Below, piece by piece: positions 56,514-64,000 of a stretch of DNA of 64,000 bases (the stretch's first letter is position 1; each line of letters begins with the position of its first letter). Origin of the DNA: Candidatus Saccharimonadia bacterium (lineage in GTDB: Bacteria; Patescibacteriota; Saccharimonadia; UBA4664; SCTI01); assembly GCA_046597065.1 (NCBI GenBank), contig JBKJLI010000002.1:52071-116070 (forward strand), read 5' to 3'. The notes under the pieces were generated by a model, which was not told the origin of the DNA, ran no database searches, and was given only the letters and a program-made list of their open reading frames with translations. Position numbers and translations under genes: made by a program.

Positions 56514-56612
56514 GCCGACATGATAGCAGTTTGGTATTTAATATTCATGTAGTCAAAGATTGACAACATGCATTTAGAGGACTATTTTTAAAGCAATAAG
56601 GAGGCAGTTGTT

Positions 56613-57008
56613 ATGGATATTAATTTAGGATCGGTATTGTTGGCTGCAGTCATCAACATGGTGGTGGGATACATCTGGTATGCACGTAAAGTTTTTGGTA
56701 ATGCTTGGATGCAAGATATTGGCAAAAAGTCGATGGAGCTAAGTAACCCTGGGCCGGGTTACGGCATAATGATATTGGCATCACTATTAATTGCCTACGT
56801 GTTGGCCGTTTTCGTTGGGTATGCCGATGCAGTTGGGTATGTAGAGGGAGCTAAAATTGGGCTTTTAGCCTCAATTGGTTTGGTTGCCTCAACACAGGCC
56901 GCCAACTTTGTTTATGAGGGCCGACCTCAAAGACTATTTTTGATAAATGCCGGGTATCCGGTTGTATCGATGACGATTATGGCCGGCGTTATCTCGGCCA
57001 TGCGCTAG
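56613..57008 (+). CDS. DUF1761-like small membrane protein
   Basis: SD AAGGAGG; NMVVGYIWYARKVFGNAW motif; four hydrophobic segments. Confidence 0.5.
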   Translation: MDINLGSVLLAAVINMVVGYIWYARKVFGNAWMQDIGKKSMELSNPGPGYGIMILASLLIAYVLAVFVGYADAVGYVEGAKIGLLASIGLVASTQAANFVYEGRPQRLFLINAGYPVVSMTIMAGVISAMR

Positions 57009-58000
57009 CTGCGACTTTTTGGCAGCTGAATCGGTTTTATATTTGCGGTTACCCCCGGCTGGGGGTCGATGCAGTCACTTAGCGCTTTTTTAAGCATAAA
57101 TTCATTTAAATCACGACCGATCATAACAAGCTCGGTTTTTGGCTCCTTATCTATCCACTCCGACCAACTGAGTTCGGTGCGATTACCAACAATTTGGAGT
57201 CGGTAGCAGCGATCCTGGCCTTTGGCGCCAAAACTTATCTGTCCTTTGGCGCGGTAGACTGCGGTTGGTAGCTGGTTATTGATGAAGTTTTGGAATGCAA
57301 TCGGATCAAATGCCTTTAGGCTGCTAAAGCTAACTGCGGTGTACTGCTCGTGAAGATGTCGGTGTTGATCGTGCATGAGGTTTTGGTTTGAATCATCAAT
57401 TGTGGTATCAGTATCCAAAACCATACGAAGATCTACCGCACCATTTTTGGTTGTTATGATTCGTGCTCTGGGGCTATGCTTTGAGATTAAAGAATCGAGC
57501 TGCTTTAACTGCTCGGGCGTGGAAATGTCGGCCTTATTAATCACCAAGTATTGACTGTTTTCAATCTGCTGGATGGTAATGGCCTGGCTATCTTCACTTA
57601 AAAAAGCGTTGATGGGGTCAAGTACGGCCACGATAGCGTCGAGCTGGGTTTTAGCTCCACCGCTAGTTTTAAGTGTGCTTGCCAAATCGACGGGTTCGGC
57701 TAGCCCACTGGCTTCAATAATAATGTGATCAATATCACTGCCAGGGTGCGTAAACTGGTCAAGCGCTTCGTTTAGCTCTAAAGTGTCTAAATTGCAGCAA
57801 ATGCAGCCATTAGTTAGCTCCATGGTGTCATCGGTTTGATCGGCTACAAACTGCGCATCCAAATTGATATCACCAAAATCATTTACCACTACACCCAACT
57901 TAAGGCCGTGGTTATGGCTTAGCCAGTAATCTAAAAGTGTGGTTTTGCCGGCACCAAGAAAGCCAGTGATCGCGGTGATGGGTATTGGCCGTTGTCTCAT
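57005..58000 (-). CDS. COG0523 CobW/YciC-family metallochaperone GTPase
   Basis: Walker A GFLGAGKTTLL; CICCNL (CxCC) motif; C-terminal domain. Confidence 0.8.
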   Translation of the reverse strand: MRQRPIPITAITGFLGAGKTTLLDYWLSHNHGLKLGVVVNDFGDINLDAQFVADQTDDTMELTNGCICCNLDTLELNEALDQFTHPGSDIDHIIIEASGLAEPVDLASTLKTSGGAKTQLDAIVAVLDPINAFLSEDSQAITIQQIENSQYLVINKADISTPEQLKQLDSLISKHSPRARIITTKNGAVDLRMVLDTDTTIDDSNQNLMHDQHRHLHEQYTAVSFSSLKAFDPIAFQNFINNQLPTAVYRAKGQISFGAKGQDRCYRLQIVGNRTELSWSEWIDKEPKTELVMIGRDLNEFMLKKALSDCIDPQPGVTANIKPIQLPKSRS

Positions 58001-58080
58001 AGATTAATTATAGCTGAGCTAACTACAACAGTTGGCATCGACGCCGGATGGTTTATACTAAAAACCGTAAGAAAGCGCTT

Positions 58081-58467
58081 ATGATAAAAGTAATGATAGT
58101 CGAAGACGACAGCGAGATTAGAAATCTGTATGGTTTCTCATTGAAGCAAAATGGCTTCGATGTAATTGAAGCCGCCGATGGAGCGATTGCTGCCAAGCAA
58201 CTTGATGCTAATAAACCGGACGTGATTTTGCTAGATATGCTCATGCCCGGCATATCCGGGTTAGATTTTTTGCGTAACAACAATGTTCATCATCGTTATC
58301 CCGCTACCAAAATCATCGCCTTTAGCAATATTGAGACCCCAAGGGTGGTCGAAGAGGCTAAGAGTTTGGGTATCACCAGCTACTTTTTAAAAGTTAATGT
58401 AACCCCACATCAAATGGTTGATATCATCAAGGGTATGATGGGCGGAAAGCCAGCGGCTAAAGTCTAA
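58081..58467 (+). CDS. Single-domain response-regulator receiver (CheY-like), no output domain
   Basis: VMIVEDD...DVILLDMLMPGISG...K motifs. The alternative upstream ATG at 58048 is less likely. Confidence 0.75.
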   Translation: MIKVMIVEDDSEIRNLYGFSLKQNGFDVIEAADGAIAAKQLDANKPDVILLDMLMPGISGLDFLRNNNVHHRYPATKIIAFSNIETPRVVEEAKSLGITSYFLKVNVTPHQMVDIIKGMMGGKPAAKV

Positions 58468-58468
58468 A

Positions 58469-59536
58469 TTGAAAACCCAGCTTGAGCTTAAGGCGGCAAT
58501 AGATGAGCGCTTAGAAAAGTTGTTTACCGATCGAGTAGTTGCCGCCAAACTGATTGATCCGGTTTATTCCGAGCTGATTACTGAAATGGGACGATTTATT
58601 GCCCGCGGCGGTAAGCGCCTGCGACCATATTTGACATACTTGGCATACTTTGGCTACGGTGGCAAAAACGAAGATGCGATTTTAGAGCTTGCGGCGAGCC
58701 AAGAGTTGTTCCATAACTTTCTACTGATTCATGACGACATTATAGATGGCGACAGTCGGCGCTATAGTGGCGACAACATTACCGGCCGCTATGTAAAGAT
58801 CCTGGGCAAGGGTGGTTTGTCGCAGGCTGATAGCCAGCATTATGCCGTGGCTGTGGCTTTACTGGCTGGTGACGTTAATGCTGCTTTGGCTTTTGAGGCT
58901 ATAGCCAACAGTAATTTTGATGATGGCCTAAAAGTGACTGCCACAGCTCGCATGGCCAGAATGATCTTCGAGATAGTAGGGGGTGAGCTGCTAGATGTTT
59001 TGTTGCCTATGGAACCATTTACTAAAATTACCGAGCCAAGGTTAAACCAAGTAATTAGTTACAAAACCACGTCATACAGCTTTGAAGCACCTTTGCAGCT
59101 AGGTGCATTGATGGCTAAAGCTGAAGACGCCGAACAAGACGCAATTAGCCAGTTTGCAATGCCCCTGGGAGCGGCCTTTCAGATCACCGATGACTTACTT
59201 GGCATGTTTGGTGAAGAGGCAATAACTGGCAAGTCGATCACAACCGACTTAAAAGAAGGTAAACGAACATTGCTAATCCACTTTGGGCTTGAATTGGCGA
59301 AAGGCATGGATTTAATTGTATTAAAGCAAAATTTGGGCAACAAAGCTTTGAGCGAATCCGATCACAACGCAGTTGTTGCAGTTCTTGAGCATTGTGGTGC
59401 ACGCGCTAAAACGGAGGCATTGGCCAACAACTATGCTCAAATTGCTAAAGATCGTTTGTCACTCCTAAGTGTTACTTCTGAAGTAAAAGCGAGTTTGGGT
59501 AAGCTGATTTTGGCCTGCGTTAATCGCCAAAAATAA
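58469..59536 (+). CDS. Polyprenyl (isoprenyl) diphosphate synthase, trans-type
   Basis: FARM LIHDDIIDGDSRR and second DDxxD-like ITDDLLG. Confidence 0.85.
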   Translation: MKTQLELKAAIDERLEKLFTDRVVAAKLIDPVYSELITEMGRFIARGGKRLRPYLTYLAYFGYGGKNEDAILELAASQELFHNFLLIHDDIIDGDSRRYSGDNITGRYVKILGKGGLSQADSQHYAVAVALLAGDVNAALAFEAIANSNFDDGLKVTATARMARMIFEIVGGELLDVLLPMEPFTKITEPRLNQVISYKTTSYSFEAPLQLGALMAKAEDAEQDAISQFAMPLGAAFQITDDLLGMFGEEAITGKSITTDLKEGKRTLLIHFGLELAKGMDLIVLKQNLGNKALSESDHNAVVAVLEHCGARAKTEALANNYAQIAKDRLSLLSVTSEVKASLGKLILACVNRQK

Positions 59537-59596
59537 AACAGGTGTAGTTGGGCTATTGCCAACTTCGCTATAATAGATATAGTAAGGAAAAATTCT

Positions 59597-59854
59597 ATGA
59601 GCAAAGTTAAAAACATCAAAATTTATAGCACCCGTACTTGCGCTTACTGCCATGCTGAAAAGGAGTATTTAAAGCAACATAATGTCGCATTTGAAGACAT
59701 TCGGGTCGACGAAAACGAGCAGGCGGCCCAAGAAATGGTAGCTATGAGTGGGCAGATGGCCGTGCCATTTACGGTTATTACCAAAGAGGATGGCTCGGTT
59801 GAGAGGATTTTGGGCTTTGACCAGCCGCGGATTGCCGCAAGTTTAGGTCTGTAG
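59597..59854 (+). CDS. Glutaredoxin-like / NrdH-type redoxin (CxxC thioredoxin fold)
   Basis: CAYCHAEK active site; 85 aa; TATAAT and SD upstream. Confidence 0.7.
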   Translation: MSKVKNIKIYSTRTCAYCHAEKEYLKQHNVAFEDIRVDENEQAAQEMVAMSGQMAVPFTVITKEDGSVERILGFDQPRIAASLGL

Positions 59855-59855
59855 C

Positions 59856-60773
59856 TTGGCCGAGATCTACGACGTTGCGATTATTGGCGCCGGCCCAACC
59901 GGCTTGGCGGCGGCTGTCTATACCACCCGCGAGGACTTAAGGACCGTTGTTTTAGATAAGGGTATCGCTGGTGGTCTAATCGCAACTACAGAAATGGTTG
60001 ATAACTACCCTGGTTTTCCCGAAGGCATTGGCGGCTTAGAGTTAGCCGAGCGATTGGGTAAGCAGGCCGAGCGCTTCGGGGCCGAGGTAAAGACTTTTAT
60101 TGGCGTGAACGGGTTAAAGGCTGTTGGCGGATTAATCCAAGTGCAAACTGCCGGTGAGCCTATACAGGCACGTAGTGTATTAATTGCCACAGGATCAAGC
60201 TATAAACACTTAGAAATCCCAGGCGAAAAGGAGCTGGAGGGCCGTGGCGTGCACTTTTGCGCCACTTGTGATGGCCCGCTATATCGCGGCAAGCATTTAA
60301 TTGCAGTTGGTGGAGGCAACTCCGCCTTGCAAGAGAGTCTGTTTTTGGCCAAGTTTGCGAGCAAGCTTACGGTTTTGGTGCGTGGCCCCCAGTTTAAGGG
60401 TACCGAAGAGCTGGCTGAACGTTTACAGAAATTAGCCAATGTTGAGGTGCATTTTAACAGCGCCATAAAGGAGGTGGTTGCCCAAGATGGTAAGTTTGAC
60501 TCGGTCAAACTTAATAACGGTGGTAGCGTTAAGGCCGACGGTTTATTCGTATTCATTGGGTTGTTGCCAAATTCCGGTTGGCTACATGGCTCAACCACCC
60601 TCGATGACAGTGGGTTTGTTAAGGTAAATAATAAGTTCGAAACCAATCTAACGGGTGTGTTCGCGGCCGGTGATGTGGTTGAAGGTGCAGTTGGCCAGCT
60701 CGCTAGCGCGGTAGGCGAGGGCGTAGCGGCGGCATTATCAATTAGAGAGTATTTAAACAACCAAAGCAGTTAA
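59856..60773 (+). CDS. trxB: Thioredoxin-disulfide reductase
   Basis: GAGPTGLAAA FAD motif; redox CATCDG; GGGNSA NADPH motif. Confidence 0.9.
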   Translation: MAEIYDVAIIGAGPTGLAAAVYTTREDLRTVVLDKGIAGGLIATTEMVDNYPGFPEGIGGLELAERLGKQAERFGAEVKTFIGVNGLKAVGGLIQVQTAGEPIQARSVLIATGSSYKHLEIPGEKELEGRGVHFCATCDGPLYRGKHLIAVGGGNSALQESLFLAKFASKLTVLVRGPQFKGTEELAERLQKLANVEVHFNSAIKEVVAQDGKFDSVKLNNGGSVKADGLFVFIGLLPNSGWLHGSTTLDDSGFVKVNNKFETNLTGVFAAGDVVEGAVGQLASAVGEGVAAALSIREYLNNQSS

Positions 60774-60779
60774 TCTTGG

Positions 60780-60808
60780 TTGACAGTCCAAACTGGCAGG
60801 CGTAATGT
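60780..60808 (+). promoter_or_regulatory. Sigma70-like promoter TTGACA-17-TAATGT sharing the 14-mer CTTGGTTGACAGTC with the LysM-CHAP promoter
   Basis: Read directly from the sequence. Confidence 0.45.
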
Positions 60809-60814
60809 GGAGCT

Positions 60815-60942
60815 TGTGATTCATCTAAAAAACAATTTACCAATTAAGCGTCAATTGTTTGCGTTCGTCCTACCCCCTAGGAAACGCTGAGGTCTCACGT
60901 TCGTTTATTCGCCGGTGGCCTCACAAGAGGCCGTTTTTATTT
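60815..60942 (+). ncRNA. Candidate small RNA (~125 nt) between the promoter and a rho-independent terminator (GGCCTC-acaa-GAGGCC + T-run), immediately upstream of a tRNA-like element
   Basis: No ORF. Internal inverted repeat AACAATT...AATTGTT; duplicated GCGTTCGT; terminator at about 60914-60942. Confidence 0.3.
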
Positions 60943-61024
60943 CGGGGTGTGGCTCAGCCCGGTAGAGCACTTCTGTTAATTTTTTTGGCAGAGGCGGTCG
61001 CAGGTTCGAATCCTGCCACCCCGA
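60943..61024 (+). tRNA. tRNA-like element: initiator-like acceptor/D-arm (CGGGGTG..GCTCAGCCCGGTAGAGC), intact T-arm, but a 13-15 nt anticodon loop (TTAATTTTTTTGG). Intron-containing or degenerate tRNA; no CCA encoded
   Basis: 7-bp acceptor CGGGGTG/CACCCCG; T-arm GCAGGTTCGAATCCTGC. The anticodon stem CTTCT/AGAGG encloses an over-long loop. Confidence 0.4.
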
Positions 61025-61063
61025 TAAGTACATCGCAGCTACAACCGTGTCACGGAGGTGACC

Positions 61064-61456
61064 ATGCCAGAGGCAGTCGTTGCAGACTCACAGCACCCAT
61101 TCCGGTCAGATGGCTGGGACAGCTTGCCGCCCAGGATGGCCTGCAAGTTCAACCCAAGCAACGAGGCTGGCCCAGAGTCCATCAAGGCATTCTTGTGCCT
61201 GCCGGGCGTTACCGTTTCATCGTTGAGTATGAGGCGTGGGGTGGATTTCCGATGGACGATTAGCCTCGAAGTTGAGACCGGTTTGATCCGATCCTTGGCT
61301 GATCAAGCCATGATCGATGGCATCGGATTGCTCAAGCTTCGCGGCGCATCGTTCACAGATCCGTTTACGATCGTCGATCATCGCATTCTGCGCAGATGGG
61401 GACAGTTTCCTCTGGGTGGCTTGCCCATGCTTCCACCAATACCGTGGCAGCATTAG
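61064..61456 (+). CDS. Hypothetical protein (~131 aa), high GC, directly downstream of the tRNA-like element
   Basis: Strong SD GGAGGTGAccATG; hairpin and T-rich stretch downstream. Confidence 0.5.
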   Translation: MPEAVVADSQHPFRSDGWDSLPPRMACKFNPSNEAGPESIKAFLCLPGVTVSSLSMRRGVDFRWTISLEVETGLIRSLADQAMIDGIGLLKLRGASFTDPFTIVDHRILRRWGQFPLGGLPMLPPIPWQH

Positions 61457-61545
61457 ACGTACTGGTACTCCTGCGGGCATTACGCTCGCAGGGGTACAAC
61501 CCCTTTGTTATACTGACAATGATAAATACAGGAAATTATTAGAAT

Positions 61546-62067
61546 ATGCTTAGACTCTCCTACGGCAACAAAGCCCCCGAAATTGTGAATGTAGTGATAG
61601 AAATTCGTAAAGGCGAGCGCAACAAGTATGAGCTCGATAAAGAAACCGGCATGCTAACTTTAGATCGAGTTGGCGGTACCACCATGGGCTTTCCGACCGA
61701 TTACGGCTATGTTCCCAACACGATGTGTGAGGATGGTGATGCCATCGATGTGCTGGTAATAATTGATGAGTCCTTGCCCGATGGAGTTTTAGTTAAGGTG
61801 CGCCCTGTTGGCGTTTTGAGGATGGTTGATACAGGAGAGAAGGACGAAAAAATCATTGGCGTAGCGGCAAATGATGAAACTATGGGACATGTGAAATCGG
61901 TTGACGATCTCGACCCCAACTTTCGCCAACGGATTGAGCATTATTTTTCACATTACAAGGATTGGAAGAACGATTGGAAGGGAGTCGAAGTCCACTTTAA
62001 TGGTTGGGGCGATGCGGAGGATGCTAAAAAGGTGATTCAAGAATCGATCGACCGCGCTCAGGCCTAG
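61546..62067 (+). CDS. ppa: Inorganic pyrophosphatase (family I)
   Basis: 173 aa; DGDAIDVLV and metal-binding Asp cluster. Confidence 0.9.
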   Translation: MLRLSYGNKAPEIVNVVIEIRKGERNKYELDKETGMLTLDRVGGTTMGFPTDYGYVPNTMCEDGDAIDVLVIIDESLPDGVLVKVRPVGVLRMVDTGEKDEKIIGVAANDETMGHVKSVDDLDPNFRQRIEHYFSHYKDWKNDWKGVEVHFNGWGDAEDAKKVIQESIDRAQA

Positions 62068-62145
62068 TCTATTTCGGGTGGCGATTGCACTATAACGCTC
62101 ATGCTTATATGATATAGATAAGTAAAAATAGGCAAAACAAAAAAC

Positions 62146-63153
62146 ATGGCAATCAAACTGGCAATCAATGGTTTTGGCCGCATTGGCCGCAACGCTTTTA
62201 AGATCGCATGGGCTAACCCAAATATTGAGGTTGTTGCGGTAAATGATATTACCGACACCAAAACCTTGGCGCATCTACTTAAGCACGACTCCAACTACGG
62301 TCTTTATCACCAGGAAGTTGGCTTTGATGAGCATAATCTGATTGTTGATGGCAAAAAAGTACTAGTTTGTGCCGAAAAAGATCCATTAGCACTACCTTGG
62401 AAGGATCATGACATAGATGTAGTTATCGAGAGTACCGGTTTTTTCATTAAAAAAGAGGACGCCGGCAAACATTTAACCGCCGGTGCCAAGCGGGTGGTCA
62501 TATCGGCTCCAGCTAAAAGTGATGATGTACCTACTTATGTGATCGGCGCGAATGAAGATCAAATCACTGCCGCCGATACGGTGGTTTCCAATGCCTCCTG
62601 TACTACCAACTGCATTACACCGGTTATGGTTGTCTTAGAGGAGAACTTTGGCATCGAAAAGGCCTTGATGACTACAACTCACTCTTATACGGCTAGCCAA
62701 AGATTGCAGGATGCTCCAGCTAAAGATTTGCGTGAGGCTCGTAATGCGGCCGAAAATATTGTCCCGACAACAACCGGTGCATCAAAAGCCGCCGCTCTAG
62801 CCTTCCCTCCACTTAAAGGAATCTTCGATGGCTTGAGCGTAAGAGTTCCAACCCCGGTAGTCAGCCTAAGCGACATCACTTTTGTGAGCAAAAAAGATAC
62901 TACCGTTGATGAGGTAAACACCGCGTTAAATAAGGCTTCTGGAGAAGCGCGGTTTAAGGGAATTATTGCCTATACCGAGGACGAGCTGGTTTCAACCGAT
63001 TATCGCGGCGATAGTCACTCAGCCATTGTCGATTCCAAGCTAACCAACGTTATAGGGGGCAATTTGGTGAAGGTTGTAGCCTGGTACGACAACGAGTGGG
63101 GCTATTCTAACCGTCTGGTTGAGCAGTGCGTAAACGTTGGAAAGACCATCTAA
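62146..63153 (+). CDS. gap: Glyceraldehyde-3-phosphate dehydrogenase
   Basis: NGFGRIGR; active-site ASCTTNC. Confidence 0.95.
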   Translation: MAIKLAINGFGRIGRNAFKIAWANPNIEVVAVNDITDTKTLAHLLKHDSNYGLYHQEVGFDEHNLIVDGKKVLVCAEKDPLALPWKDHDIDVVIESTGFFIKKEDAGKHLTAGAKRVVISAPAKSDDVPTYVIGANEDQITAADTVVSNASCTTNCITPVMVVLEENFGIEKALMTTTHSYTASQRLQDAPAKDLREARNAAENIVPTTTGASKAAALAFPPLKGIFDGLSVRVPTPVVSLSDITFVSKKDTTVDEVNTALNKASGEARFKGIIAYTEDELVSTDYRGDSHSAIVDSKLTNVIGGNLVKVVAWYDNEWGYSNRLVEQCVNVGKTI

Positions 63154-63596
63154 TGAAAATCTTTATCGGCGCCGACCATGCCGGTTTTGAGGTTAAGAAT
63201 CAGATAAAAGAACATCTGGTTCACCGCGGCTTTGATGTTACAGATATTGGTGCGCATACTTTGGTTAACGATGACGACTATCCACCGATTGCCTTTGAGC
63301 TAACCACCAAAATATTGGGCGAAGATGATGCCCGGGGCATTCTAGTGTGCGGCAGTGGCGAGGGCGTCTGCATGGCCGCCAATCGAGTGCGGGGTATCAG
63401 AGCGGCCCTAGTTTGGGGGCAAGAGCAGGCTCGTGAAACTCGTCGAGATAATGAAAGTAATGTACTATGCTTAGCTTCGCGCTTAACTGACTTAGAAACG
63501 ATATTGTCGATCGTTGACAACTGGATTGATGAACCGTTTTCCAAAGAGGAGCGTCACAAACGTCGAATTCAACAAATTGAGGAAATTTATGGCTAA
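63126..63596 (+). CDS. rpiB: Ribose-5-phosphate isomerase B (RpiB/LacAB family)
   Basis: MKIFIGADHAGFEVK...; GICMAAN-like motif. Confidence 0.85.
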   Translation: MRKRWKDHLMKIFIGADHAGFEVKNQIKEHLVHRGFDVTDIGAHTLVNDDDYPPIAFELTTKILGEDDARGILVCGSGEGVCMAANRVRGIRAALVWGQEQARETRRDNESNVLCLASRLTDLETILSIVDNWIDEPFSKEERHKRRIQQIEEIYG

Positions 63597-64000
63597 AGTA
63601 GTGCCAACCGTACTAGCTGAAACGCCGGAACAGTACGCTTCAATGTTTGAGCGCGCTAGTGGCTTAAGCAATCGAGTGCACGTCGATATTTGTGATGGTA
63701 TATTTGCCGACAACACCACTATTGGTTTGGCCCAAGTAAACGTTGAAGAGGGTGTTGAACTTGATTTACACTTGATGCTTAAGGAACCACAGGCTCAACT
63801 AGAAACGGCTCTAAGTTTAAAGCCCAATTTAATCATCCTTCACGCGGAATCAGAGGGCGATATCGCTGCAATGATTGAGCAAATTAGGAGTTTGGGGATC
63901 AAGGCGGGAGTGGCTTTGCTACCAGAAACCAAGGTAGAACAGGCTGCTGAGTTGATTCGAGCGGCCGACCACGCACTTATTTTTACCGGCACATTGGGCC
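63589..64000 (+). CDS. rpe: Ribulose-phosphate 3-epimerase-like TIM-barrel protein (3' end outside the window)
   Basis: HVDICDGIFADN resembles the Rpe HxDxMDG motif; open to the window end. Confidence 0.6.
   Translation, partial: MAKVVPTVLAETPEQYASMFERASGLSNRVHVDICDGIFADNTTIGLAQVNVEEGVELDLHLMLKEPQAQLETALSLKPNLIILHAESEGDIAAMIEQIRSLGIKAGVALLPETKVEQAAELIRAADHALIFTGTLG

Noticed and set aside
60815-60942. Possibility that the promoter-to-terminator RNA is SRP (4.5S) RNA or 6S RNA
   Set aside because: It lacks the conserved SRP domain IV sequence (GGAAGCAGCCAAGG-like) and is too short and unlike 6S RNA. Kept only as an unclassified sRNA or leader candidate.
60859-61263. 134 aa ORF spanning the tRNA-like element
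   Set aside because: It reads through the structured tRNA-like sequence with no SD. The downstream 61064 ORF, with a strong SD, explains the coding signal.

Overview
This window reads as about 64 kb of a compact, roughly 48-52% GC bacterial chromosome using the standard genetic code. TGA acts as a stop, including in ATGA overlaps at 338-341, 34509-34512 and 40386-40389.

Most of the window is conserved housekeeping genes, almost all on the + strand:
- glycolysis: pyk-pgk-tpiA and gap;
- aminoacyl-tRNA synthetases metG, leuS and a short 601 aa alaS;
- translation and RNA processing: rpsP-KH-trmD, rpmF-nusB-rnc, mnmA, tgt, rsmA, an rlmD-like methyltransferase, typA and obg;
- DNA and cell-wall functions: uvrD/pcrA, ruvX, tatD, murF and mltG;
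- four ordinary tRNAs (Glu, two Ala, Gln).

What does not fit an ordinary core region:
- a copper-resistance cluster at the 5' end (ArsR-TRASH regulator fragment, copB-like P1B ATPase with a CPD motif, DUF305);
- several small high-GC insertions (about 58-63% GC by eye) encoding hypothetical or accessory proteins, suggesting acquisition from a high-GC donor. The clearest is a two-gene minus-strand cassette at 7505-9533, a KfrA-like wHTH plus coiled-coil protein and a basic hypothetical protein;
- a probable heliorhodopsin (7 TM with a Lys in TM7) at 46764-47531;
- two cell-wall hydrolase genes (RpfB-like DUF348-G5, and LysM-CHAP) with long leaders. The LysM-CHAP leader is a candidate cis-regulatory RNA;
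- a recurring intergenic motif (ATTGCACTTATGCTT / CTTATGCTTATG) in at least 7 places;
- an exact 14-mer shared by two promoters;
- a type-II Ser-like tRNA with an aberrant anticodon loop beside a degenerate duplication of the alaS 5' end;
- a tRNA-like element with an expanded anticodon loop next to another high-GC ORF.

Many genes carry an extended -10 box (TGnTACAAT) 6-10 nt before the ATG, consistent with widespread leaderless translation. I found no rRNA genes and no CRISPR arrays. The organism is unknown: a reduced monoderm such as a Saccharibacteria/CPR-type bacterium fits, but that is inference only.
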